NCBI GenBank assembly: GCA_965153455.1
Contig: OZ234493.1
Location: 30,990,213 to 31,054,212, forward strand
Length of the DNA stretch: 64,000 nt
Reading direction: 5' to 3'
Origin: Sphagnum compactum
Lineage: Eukaryota
A model generated the notes under the pieces. It was not told the DNA's origin. It saw only the letters and a program-made list of their open reading frames with translations, and did not search any database. The position numbers were made by a program, and so were the translations under genes. Every line of letters begins with the position of its first letter. Within the stretch, counting starts at the first letter, position 1. Shown piece by piece: positions 39,719-53,339 of this stretch.

Positions 39719-42700
39719 ATGGTCAAGGGGAGTTGGTGCAGAAGGAGTGGAGTAGGAGGAGGAGGAGGAGGAATGGAAGCCTTGTCCTCCTCGACTTCCT
39801 CATCTTTTGTTTCACGAAAGAAAAACACTCTTGGTGTGGGAAGAAGACTTATTAGAAGAAGAAGAAGTAGTAGATTCGTTTTGGTGTATTTGTTGGTTTT
39901 TCTTTGGTGTTGTTGTGGTTATTGTACTGGCGTGCTAGGTTTTGTTCGCTCTTCTTCTTCTTCTTCTTCTTCTACTACTACTACTGATCGGAAGTCGGAG
40001 AGTGAACAAGGACAAGAACCTGCACAAGGAGAAGGGTCTTTGTTTTTGAGAACAAGTGTGGTTGGTGGTGGAGGACGAGATGGTGGTGCTCAAAGGGGGG
40101 GTTCGTCTTTGGAGTTTGGAATACTAGCCAGGGGATTAGGTGAAGAGATTCAGGTGGTGAGTAAGGAGGGGCCGATTCAGGAAGATGAAGAAGAGATTGC
40201 AGGAGATGGAGAAGTGGAACGCCGGATCTTGCGCCAGAAGGCGGATCATGCAGAAGCCAGCGCTTCGCCATCGGTATTAGGGTTTCCTTTTCCCTCTCTC
40301 CCTCCCCTTGCTCTGTTGCGATGAATCGTTTCCTGGTCCTCCTCGGTTTCTTTTGCTCTAGAGGTGGAACTAGTTCCACCTCGTTTTCGTTCATTTCTAG
40401 CCCAGATTGTTTTTCCTTCACTTCACAAGGTCCCTTCTGAAGGTTTTTCAACAGGATCTAGCCAGTTGTTTCTATATGTCTGCCTCTGTCTCTTTGTCTC
40501 TTGCTTGCACTTTTTTTTTGGGCTCAGCTCTCCTGCAAATGATGCAGTTAGTATCTAATCTACACATTGGACTAGGCACGGATCCTTTCCAGTTTCTAGA
40601 ACACTTTTTTAATCTGTTTTCGAGGGCATGAAACAAATTGGTAGCAGCTCTTACATCACTGTGGTTGTTTACTCTAATTTATGCCATTTTGATGCAACAT
40701 AGCTGCTGTAGAGCTGTTGAAGGATGGCTTGCTCATTAACCTGGAGTCCAGGTCAGGTGGATCAGAACAGTTTTCTGGTTCTCCATTTTCACATATTTCG
40801 CCGCAACACTTTGGGTTTTTAGGGTTTCCTAGCTCTCAACAAGCATGGTTTTTATACCAGTCCGTTGCTTGATGTTGGAATTTTTCTTTGACATTTGTAC
40901 CTACCAGTTGTCTCATTAGGAGGGGAATTCTTAATTTCAGGCAAATTTCAACATGATGACTATTGCTCAGATGGGACCAGGGTACAAATCTGGGCTTGCA
41001 AACTTCTGTTTGAACAAAGGAGTTTCAAAGTGTATATGATATTGTTGCCCACTCTGATCTGTATCACAGGAAGCCACTGTAAAACCTAGTTCCCAAAGTC
41101 TTCAGTGCTCCTTCAACAATAATGGAAAATTTGACTTCATGGACATGCTGATAGGTAGAGAATTCTGGGGTGAAGAATGATGCAGGTCAACAGGAGGAAA
41201 GTCCTAACAAGTCACCCCAAGATGGCCAGAATGCAAATCAGACCATGGAGGCTTCAAATGATGTGGGAACTCCTCCAGAACCTGGCAAGAATGACACAGG
41301 GACCACTAAAGAGGATGATGTGCCTTTGCAAGAAAGAGATTGTCATAGTGAACCTCTGTTTGCTGACCTGAAGGCTGGTGATGGTGAGTTGTGATGAATG
41401 CATACAATTCAAATGACAATGACATGATATTGAGCTTCTTGGATAACACATGGAATTTAATGTTGTATGTGTTGTATGATCTGAATGGTTTTTTAGAATG
41501 AGCACTGAGGCAATCCCTTTTCTTGGCAATGCAGGCGACAGTGGTTGGACACTGACTGTGAATAACACAGGTAACAATGAGCTGCAAATCAAAGTGATTG
41601 CAGAGTCACTAAATGCAAGTCCAGCGGAGTTCTCATTAAAGAATGGAGAAGGAAACACAGTAAGTTGAAATGCAACTCAGATTATGAGGTCTTGAGCAGG
41701 ACATTCCAGGTCTTTCCACTGAAAGGTTCTTTTTGTTTGGAAGTATCAGGTCAGAGGTAAAAACCATCATTAGGTTTGCAGGGAAAGGCACCTTGTTTGT
41801 GACTTACTCTGTTGCAGTCTCTTGTGCATTCCATGTTTTAGTACTGTTTTGGAAGGACAGGGTGGCAAGAGGGATGTGATGAATAGCAGAATAGGGGACA
41901 TTGAGATCAGCAATGAAGAGGAAGATTGCCTAATTCCTAATGTTCTTGTCATGAATTGGATGTGTTGCTTGACCTGAGTCTGATACATGTGGTGACTCTT
42001 TTGCAGGTTGCAATCACTGTTGTTGATAAGGGTGGAGGCAAAATTAACATAACTTGGGGATCAGAATATTGCCAGATCACTGTGCCTCCACATGGTTTAC
42101 CACCATCCCAGCTGCCAGGCCCTGCCAATCTGAGTTTTATTCCTCTAACGAGGACTGGCTATATGCTGTTTGGAGGCACCATACTGTTTGTGACAATCCT
42201 AGGTACAACATTTGTTGAAATGTTCTAGAGGTAGCTGCATTTCCTCTACAAAGTGTAGGAGTCTGCATCTCTTGATTGAATTTTTGCATTGCCTGTACTA
42301 GATTTCTGCATGTCGATGACAATAGTTTGGATTCATGAGCAGTGAGCTGTTTAGTGTACTGCTATTATTCTGTGTTCGTAGATTTTCTTTCAAACCTGGG
42401 TTTGTCTCTATGATCTTTCAACAGTAACATTGAACTGGTTACTTGCTGTATTGTTAGGCATTGCTGGTATATGGGGATGTGTCTCATGGCGCAAACGGGC
42501 ACAGTGGCCTGGTGGGGGTACTGCGAAGTACCAAGAGCTGGAGATGAGCTTAGCAACTGTTGATTCCTCAAAGAAGGATACAGAGGAAGGCTCTATATCA
42601 GCTGAAGGATGGGATGAAATCTGGGAAGATGATGAGTGGGAGGATACTGAAGCTGTAAGGTCCTCATCTAATATGCAGACATTGTCTTCACAGGGGCTTA

Positions 42701-42750
42701 ATGTTCGACGTGCAAACAAGGATGGATGGGACAGTGCCTGGGATGATTAA
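39719..42750 (+). CDS. Uncharacterised plant membrane protein (AT3G51580/DUF7356-like), 465 aa. Exons 39719-40273, 41155-41383, 41535-41659, 42007-42202, 42458-42750
   Basis: GT-AG junctions with consistent phases (total 1398 nt). N-terminal hydrophobic segment, TM helix GYMLFGGTILFVTILGIAGIWGCV, and the conserved tail YQELEM...EGWDEIWEDDEWED...LSSQGLNVRRANKDGWD. Confidence 0.85.
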
Positions 42751-43330
42751 AAGCAGAGTTGTATTATGCAGGGTCTCCTTAAATAGTTGAAACACTTGTA
42801 CGAGTGGAGTTGGTGAGAGGGTGTGAGAAGTTGTACCCATATACACTTTTGTCATTTCTTTGAGGCCTTAGGCCACATGCCAAGTTTGGGAGGAGCCCCC
42901 AGAGCAGGAGAGGTGGAGCATAGATTGGGTTGTGTGGGCTTGGAACGATAGTCCTGTGCCCTGTATGGAAAGGGCAGATAGAGATAGGTGTAGAGGAAGC
43001 ACATTAAATCACACTTACCAAACATATTGTAGGCTTATCAACTTTCAGATTCAGAGAAAGTTATTCATTTGGCTTGGAGTAGTGTTCGCAGTTGCATTTT
43101 GGTTTGTTCTTCACAATGATTGACTCTTCAAACAGTAGCCTCAATAGTTTGATCATTCAAAGGTATGATAACCGCATGGCTTGTGCCTGGGTGTGTTTAT
43201 GTTGTGTCCAGGGACCAGGGACCACACGTGTGTGATTTTGGCAGTCTACTGATGATATAGTGTCAGGAGGAATTTCTATATGGCTACCACTTATGATGAA
43301 GTTAATAGTCTGAAATTTTGTGATTGGCAC

Positions 43331-45135
<1,805 letters not shown>

Positions 45136-48100
45136 AAAAGTCAGTGACAGCAATTCTATCTGTGCATCAAAATTGAGCAGCACATGAAATGAAAACAATC
45201 TCAAGTATTGGGTAGGATGGCCGTAGTATTTCCTAAGTTCCAGATGCACTGAAAATGTCTCTGGTAACCTACAAAGATCCAGCCAGAAAAAACAAGTAGT
45301 CTAGCTTCAAAAGGCAACCCAACACAATGGATCCTTCCACCATGTCTCCAAAGAGACATCCACACAAACCCAGCAAGAATGAGAGCTTCAACAGACAATC
45401 CAACCTAACTTTGAACCTGGTTCTTTAGGAGTTAAATTTAGTTAGTTATGATTTTATTTTTCAAGCAGATTTTTGGGAATTTGTTTCCACTTAGTTATGA
45501 GCAGTGTTTTCCTTTTCAATTTTCTCGTGTTGCACCCAAAGTTTCACAAGAGGATTTAGCCAAATCTGGCTACAAGACAAAATAGAGACATTAGATAATA
45601 ATATAAGAATCCTATTACATGTTGGTGAACCTCTAGAACCTATTAGCTAAATATGGCAATTTCAAAAGAAGAAAGCTAAAAATTTGCCCAACTCCTCTAA
45701 AAATCATGATGATTTCATAACAAGTTTCTTCTTCCTGGAAAGATGGAAGAACAATTTTTTTGGGAATTTTTCCAAAATCATCCCCTTGTCTAATATATAG
45801 CTTGGGATTTGTCTTTTTAGCAAAATAATTTAACAACAAAAAATATATCACTGGTTCTGAGTTTTTGAAGAATTGTTTTAGGAGCTTTTTGTATTGTCAC
45901 TAGGCTTCTCTGTGAATCATGGGTGTGGATGGTGACAAAGGGCAGAGTGATGATGGTAGAGTAGTAGGTGCAATGCAACTTGGAAATGAAACATATGGAT
46001 TGGAAGAGCAAGTGAAGGTTTATTGAGCTTGATTTGAGAAGCACAAACTTCTCCCAAGAGGAGCTCCACTGTGGTTTGGTCTTTGCACAATATATTTTGG
46101 ATGAAGTAAAAAAAATTGGTTTTTTCGGTTTCGATCAATAAATTTGCATAAGATCCATCACCCAGTAAAATGATCTCTCCTAATTGGCTTTAGTGGTTGA
46201 ATCTAAATAGTCTTTTGCCTTATATTGTGTCATTTTTCTTAATTATGGCGGAGGATTGGGAAACAATTGTAGACCATGTTGGATGTGATAAATATTGTTA
46301 AATCCTTTTTTTTATAAAAGTATGCATGGATATGTTCTTGCTACTTGCAACACATCATCAATGTGTCTTTAAATGCCAAAATCATGTGAACAAATCTTGC
46401 AACAAGAGCAACCAAAAAATGGAAAAAAGAGAAAGAGATTTATTTTTAAAAGGTCATATATCCATATGATCGCATGAATAATTTCTTGTTTCAAATTTTT
46501 ATTTGATAGTTTCTAACAATTCAAAAATCATGTAATTCTCAAGATGTTTTGATTTGAAAATGGCATTTTGAACGTTTGAAACTAATAATTGAGTAAAAAC
46601 ATTTGGGTATTTTTTATTTGCATTTCATATTTTCTAATAATTCAAAAATCATGTAATTCTGAAGCTTTTTTTATTAGAAAAATGGCATTCTTAAATTTTT
46701 GTTGTGTATGTTAGTTGCTCCTAATATGCAAGTTGAATTGTATTTTTCTTACATCCCATTCCTTTATTTTTCATGAATCCCAAACTGGTTGAAAACAAGG
46801 TCTAAGGACATGTCAATTCACAATGCTCCAAAGGGCTCCACAATGGCACTTTGTAGATCCACGTGCCAAACTCTTTGTGTAAATGTTTGCTTAGCTCAAT
46901 TTTGAGCCCCACCATGCAAGCAAAATCAAGTTTGCCATCACCAAATTCATTGTGCCACCTCCACCTCCATGCCAACATGTCTTGGCATCAATTGTTTAAT
47001 TGCATGAAAGCATTTTGCACAAGTTGTGTGAAAATTTTCACATTTTATGACAGCTTCACATTGTTTGGTTGCACAAGGGTTCTTATAGATGTTTGTGTGA
47101 CATAATTGCTTTGTAATGCCTATTTGCACAAAAATTTCTAATGCATGTGCATGTCTAAGCTCTCAATTTCAATGGACCATTAATGAAGCACTCCTAGGTT
47201 TGTCAATTGGTATTGGGGATAAAAAATCTTGTTGATCTTTATTTCTGTATGAAATGTAAACTTAGGATACATTTCTTGACTCTCACAAAAAACAACATGG
47301 GAGCTTCAAGTTGGAACCAATACAAGTTTTAAAATGAAATTCGTAGTCATGTCAAATTTCATAAACAAAGAAAATAAGGTGGTTAGTGTAGTTTGGGGTC
47401 AAAATGGAACATGGATGAACCTCAGGCAACTCACATTCACAATTTTTATAATTGCTTAGATTAGGGGGAGAAGTCACCAATTTCTTTCTTATGTTATATG
47501 TTGTAGACAACAAGAAGGACTACAATGAAGTGACACAAATTGTCAAAATTCCCAAATTAAGAATCATTTTGCTTTGTAAGTTCATACCTCCATTTGGATT
47601 TTGATTTAACCCACTTCCCTTCTCATGCCTTAGCCTTGACCACAAGCCTAAAGCTAGGCTCATGACAATTAGAGACAAATACAAAACAAAATAATGATTG
47701 AAAACAAAAGACTAAACAACGTAAAGGGCTTTGAACATGGGCCAAGAATACAAATGCATAGAGGATTGACTTTGAATTCATAATACATACATGGAACTTT
47801 GAAAAGAGTTTACAAATCAAAACTTCCACTTCTTACAACTTTGAAATGATTTGTTGGAAGACTTGTGGGCACACAAAGGCTCGAACTTTTATTGAAATGA
47901 AATGAAAAATCTTCATTGTGTGCTTTCCAATTTCACTTTTGAATTGTTATGGATCATGTTGAATCAAAAACATTGTTCAAAGAAATTTGCACACTACATT
48001 TGTAATTTTGTCAAGGCAACAAATTGCATCTACCATGGCCATGGTGTAGGGTCTTGCTTATGATGTTTGTAGCAAGTCTTAGTGTTCGCATGTTCTCTAT

Positions 48101-48977
48101 CGTGTGTTCCAATTTTGTTGCTTGCAATGTTTGTGCATGAAAGAGGGGGGAGGGGTGAAGCAAATTCCCATTCATCAGGAAGTTTAATTATGCTTGGGCA
48201 GTACATTCCAATTGGTGGCAATGTGAGCTATTCAAGTCACCAACAACAATAACAAGCTCATGACATTGTGTGGGGTTGTGAGTGCAACCATGTGTTGTCA
48301 GAACTTTTCAAGTTCTTTACATCTTCACAAATAACATTTATTCACATGCATCCATCATCTTGATTAACTCTTTAGTCATTGTGAATAGTTGGAAGACCGA
48401 TTGATCTTCTAAGATCTCAGCCTTCTTGAATGTGGCTATAGTCATGTTTTCAATAACTTGCACTTGAGTGTGCAAAACAAACTTTTACCACAGGCAGTGT
48501 GACTGTTACTGAGCCTTTTATTATGCACCATTGGACTTGCTCCAACAAGAAAATGACGACTATGGAACAACCTCTACATGTTGAGTAATTGTTCATACTT
48601 TTGCAAAGACTTGCATCTCAAGTGATGAGGGATATGAGAAATATGAACAAAACTTTTGCTTTTGTTATGTGTGCAGTGTGCTTTCTTCTTTTCAAGTATC
48701 TGCTTCCTGTTGGCGGGTTGTGTAGCTCTCTTGCTCTAGGAATCTGTATGTGTTGTCCAGCTTCTTTGAGAAAGCTTAATGAAACAATCCACTTGTTCCA
48801 GAAGTTGTAGAGTAATGTGGTTGCACCAGTCTTCTTCCCCACATGAATAGCAAGGTGCTTGTGTTCCATAGTGTGGATGACTGGTTTACCAAGTGACACC
48901 ATAATTATTGCTGGGATTTGACTAAAATGGATTAGATCTAGTAATAATTTCACCCTATGATCCATTTCAGTGACCCC

Positions 48978-51403
48978 CTAGAGTCTTCTCAGCAGTTTTG
49001 GTGTCCATCTAATTCCTCTCTCCTTGCGGGAAAGGTGAATGCAGATCTCAGTTGTGTACTTAAGGCCTGCTTGCTGGAGTGCAACTTTTGTGATTTTGTC
49101 TGGAGAAAAACCTGCTTGTGTCATTTGGTCATAAACTGAATGAGCATCAGCCAGTTGTTTAGCTCGACAATATGTTTGTATCATGATGTTGTAAGAGACT
49201 GCATCAGGGGCAATCCCTTGCACATTCATTTATGAAACAAAATGGCAGCTTGGACAGAGTAGCCTTCTTGTCCATATGAACCGAGAAGGATATTGTAGAG
49301 AGTAACATCTGGCTGGCATCCTGTAGCCAGCATTTCATTGAAGTGTTTTCCCACTTCCTGTAACATGCCATGTCGGCCATAAGCTTGTATGATTGAGCTC
49401 CATGCCACCACATTGGGTTTGAAGCCATCTGCTTGCATTCGCCTAAAGACTTGTGAAGCTTCTTCCACTAGTCCTGCTTTCCCGTACACAGAAACCATGA
49501 GACTGTAAGTGGTCAAATCGGGACAACACCCTGACCTCTTCATTTCAAGAAAAGTCTTGATTGCTTCCTGATGCTTGCAGGCACAGCTATACAGCTGAAT
49601 CAATCCTGTCACCACATTTGGCTCCAGCCCTGCTGCTCTGAGACTAGTAAATACCCCAATGCCTTCCTTATGTTTGCCTGCTCGGGCATACATTGTAAGC
49701 AAGGTATTGTAACTGACAAGGTTGGGAGTGGCATCAGTCAAATGACACATTTCATGCATCAAGTTTGAAGCTGTCTCCACATATCCCACTTTGCTTAGAA
49801 CAGACAGGAACATGTTGTAGGAGTTGCCAGTGCACAGAAAACTTTTACGCTTCATACTTAGAAAGACTTTCTCTGCCTTTTCAATCGGCAAGCCAGCTCT
49901 TCCAACTGCACTCAAGAGAGTATTGAATGTGATTTCATCTGCATGAATCCCCTGCAGCACCATATCCTCGTACAGCCTCCATGCCTTATTGAAATTCCCA
50001 ATTCTTCCATAAGCACCTATCATTGCATTATACATGTACACTAATCTTGGGACCTCCAAGGACAACATGGAGTCAAAAACCTCCTGCGCTTTGCTTACCA
50101 TGCCTACACGTCCCAACACCCCAATCATTGAACTGTAAGTGTGTCCATTTGGTTTCAATCGTCGTCTCTGTTGCTGCATCCAACTAAACACTTCAAATGC
50201 AAGTGCTCCCTCTCGGCGAGATCCGAGCTCCTTGATGACGTTGGAAACGTCTACCCTGGTGATCTTTCCAGCCCATGAATTGAGCATGTTTGTGATAGAC
50301 TGTGTGCGTCCTTCCACCACAGCAGATGATGGGTGTCTTTGGTTTCTCAGCAGTTCACCTACAATTGTCTCAACTCTCTGTCTGCAATCTTCCTCCGACC
50401 ATGGTAGTTGTGGAGGCATTTGTCGTACCCGGATTTGTCCTTGCCAGACGCTCTTGCTCTTCTTCTTCCTCTGAGTTTCAACAAATAGCATATCCTCCTC
50501 CAAATCCTCCATTGTCAACAAAGAATCTGCTTTCTCCTCATCCTCATCCTCCTCTTCTTCACAAAGAGCAATAACAATACCAAACAACTAGTATCAGCAA
50601 CAAATGCACTTTGTATTTTCTCCTGGTTATTTGTTGATCTCTGTCCATTGGTACATGCAATTCTCAGACTTGATATTTGTACATAATTCTCAGAGGAATT
50701 GAATGAGAAATGATGGCCATTTAAAAAAAATAAAAATTGCTGACATCAAAACCCTAGTGGAGGACTTGCAAACTGAGAAGAAGGGAAATCATGATTAAGG
50801 GGCAATCTAAATCAACTGCAAGAACAAATTGGCAAGAAAGAAGAAGATAACAAAGCCCTTGCCTCCGATTCTTCATACAAAAGAACCATAGAAGAAGCCC
50901 CTGTATGCAGACAAGCACTGCAAAGAGCTTCTGAGTTCTCTTGGTAGAGAAATCCATTGCATTTGCATGTTGAAGCATGGATCAGAGATGGGGGGTTTTT
51001 ATTTTTTTTCTCCTGTTGCAAATCGTGGAGAAAAACCCACCACCGTTTGTTCGTGGAGAAGGGAAGTCTTGGATGGAGCTCAAGTGTAGCAGCAAATCAG
51101 CAGCATTACTGTATGCATCCAGAGAGGAGCAGCCTTGAGCAGCAGCAGCATCCACACTCTTCTTCTTCTCCAACTCCCCCAGTCTGCAGCATTCTTCTTT
51201 TGCTCCACATCCAAATCCGCGGTCGCGCACACACCCACTTCCGCCCCCTCGTTCTTCTCAGCTCTAGCTACGACCAACACCAGCTTCTTCTTCTTCTTCT
51301 TCTCTCTATTCATACTCGGTCCAAGCTTTCTCATGGGGAAGTTCGACCTGCTAAACCAACTAGTTCCGGTTGTATCGGACACGCACAGGCGAGACACAGA
51401 CAT
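48978..51403 (-). pseudogene. P-class pentatricopeptide repeat (PPR) gene with two -1 frameshifts (pseudogene or assembly error). Exons 51403-51041 and 50556-48978; 647 aa if restored
   Basis: About 11 PPR repeats (PNGHTYSSMIGVLGRVG, DEITFNTLL, PNLVSYNTLL, PDLTTYSLMV, PNVVAWSSII, PDVTLYNILL, PDAVSYNIMI) and a transit-peptide-like N-terminus. The frame breaks at a G5 run (51176-51180) and an A3 run (49229-49231). Confidence 0.8.
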
Positions 51404-51619
51404 TGAGAAGGAAAACGAAAGGGATACGACAGCCCGAGAAGAAGAAGAAGCAGACTGGTTCCTAGATTAGAAATCACAGCAATCTCTCACAGGCAAAAAG
51501 AGGAGCGTGGAGAAGGAGTCGCATGGTGAAGAAGAAGAAGAAGAGGCTTGGTGGTGGTGCCAGGGTTGGAGAGACGACCTTCCCACATGGTATGCATGCA
51601 TGGGCATGCGAAGAGAGTG

Positions 51620-51720
51620 AGAGATGTCGCAATTCCACAACTACCCACAAGAAAGAGAGATGTCGCAATTCCACAACCACGACAAGAACGAGGATGTCGC
51701 AATTCCACAACCATCCACAA
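51620..51720. repeat. Three ~35-bp tandem units (GATGTCGCAATTCCACAAC) upstream of the PPR gene
   Basis: Direct visual match of three copies. Confidence 0.85.
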
Positions 51721-52009
51721 GAAAGAAAGATGCGAGGCAAGGATGTGGTAATCCGTAGAAGAGAGAGCAGTGGGAAGACTGTCGAATTGCAGCGGCTGCT
51801 GCTGCATCCTCGGCCTTCCACTTCTTATCTATCTCACAACAACCCCGAAGGCAAAGAGAACACACTCCTCAGAAACCTAGAAAACTGCAAAAACAGAAAG
51901 CGAAATTCTTTATTCTTGGCTATGGAGATACCAGATCAGACAAAAACCCACAGGAAGAATCAGATCAGAAACGACCCACACGAAGCGTCATATCAGACAC
52001 AGCCCACAT

Positions 52010-52235
52010 TATGGAAATTCTTTGATTCTTGATTTGCAGAGAGATGGAGATCCGACATGACCCAAGATTTGCAACACAAACTTCTTTTCTTTGAGTCTTG
52101 GCTGCAGAGAGACGAAGATCAGATCAGAGATCACCCAAGATTTACAACATAAACTTCTTCACAAATTCTTTGATTCTTGGCTGCAGAGAGATGGAGACCA
52201 GACATGACCCAAGATTTGCAACACAATCTTCTTCA
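52010..52235. repeat. Three ~75-80-bp tandem units upstream of the PPR gene
   Basis: TTCTTTGA(T/G)TCTTG..TGCAGAGAGA..GAT/ACC.GA..ACCCAAGATTT(G/A)CAACA repeated three times. Confidence 0.8.
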
Positions 52236-53339
52236 CAGAGGGTTGGGAGGGAGGGGTGGGCAGGGGGGGATTTTATTCTTGCAAATTTCTCTGGCACAGA
52301 TTCTTTTGTTGAAAAACACTCTGTTTTTTTTCTATCAGAGTTTTTGTTTGCAACTGTTTTGTTTGTTTCATTTCCTCCTCATCAGTCTGCTCACTATTTT
52401 TTGAGATTGCCATCTGCAGAAACAAAAAAGCCACTGCAGACTGCAAGTAACTTCAAAAAGGAGGGAGAGAGAGAGAGAGAGAAAGATCATTTCCTCTTGA
52501 GAAATCCTTTCTTCAAGTCTGTGTTTGAGATGATCCTTCTGAACTCAAGATTCCTATCTGTGAGCCCACCAACCATTTGCTTCTTCACCTTCCAAGGTTG
52601 GCAGAGAGACAAACAATCACAATAGATATCTAACACATGCCAACCACCCAAGACCCAATACCTTTCAGTCATACATCTGACAGACAAAAGACATCACCAT
52701 GCTTGCTTGTAAATTGATGACAAGATGCTAGTGTCTTGATTCTGCCAAGCTTCTTCTCCAATAAGAAAATTAGACAGCAAAGGACTAGTCAGTAGTGTAT
52801 CAGTCTCCAGGAGGAAGCCATTTGTCATACAAAAACAGCACCCAAGAAAAACAAAGAAGAAAGAGTATCCATAGCCACAGCAGTAGTTGGTGGTACATGG
52901 AGTTCAACTCAAAGAGAGAGACCATAGGTATTCAACTGCAGCTGAATCTTCCAGCTTCACCCACAGATGATAGGACTTTCTGTGTGCTTGTTGGAGATCT
53001 GGACAGACGTTAATGTGTCTCGATGATCAATCACCCCACCCGCACTCTCATGTCTTGATGATCACCCCACCTGTGCCCTCTCTCCTGGATATTGCAACTG
53101 CACAACAATGCACATGAATGGCTCATCCCAAAGTTTTCCATGCTGTAGATCTCAAGACACAGCAGTACACCATCACAGGGAGACTGAGACTGTTGGAGTT
53201 GAGCTTGATAAAATTGGCTTTTACTTGAGAGCCTGTAACTCAATACTGGATTTTGAAGGGCTACTGCTTGAGCAAGTCTTCTCTTTTACTGTCTCTGAGT
53301 CCATAGAATCTGCCGGGCAGCATGATGGTGTATGTGTTG

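Noticed and set aside
51620-51720. Three direct repeats with short variable gaps (CRISPR-like)
   Set aside because: The gaps are ~15 bp and similar to each other; this is an ordinary eukaryotic minisatellite.
50957-52625. Long ORFs overlapping or upstream of PPR exon 1 (e.g. 51523..52032, 52098..52625)
   Set aside because: They are antisense or repeat-derived low-complexity frames with no recognisable domains.
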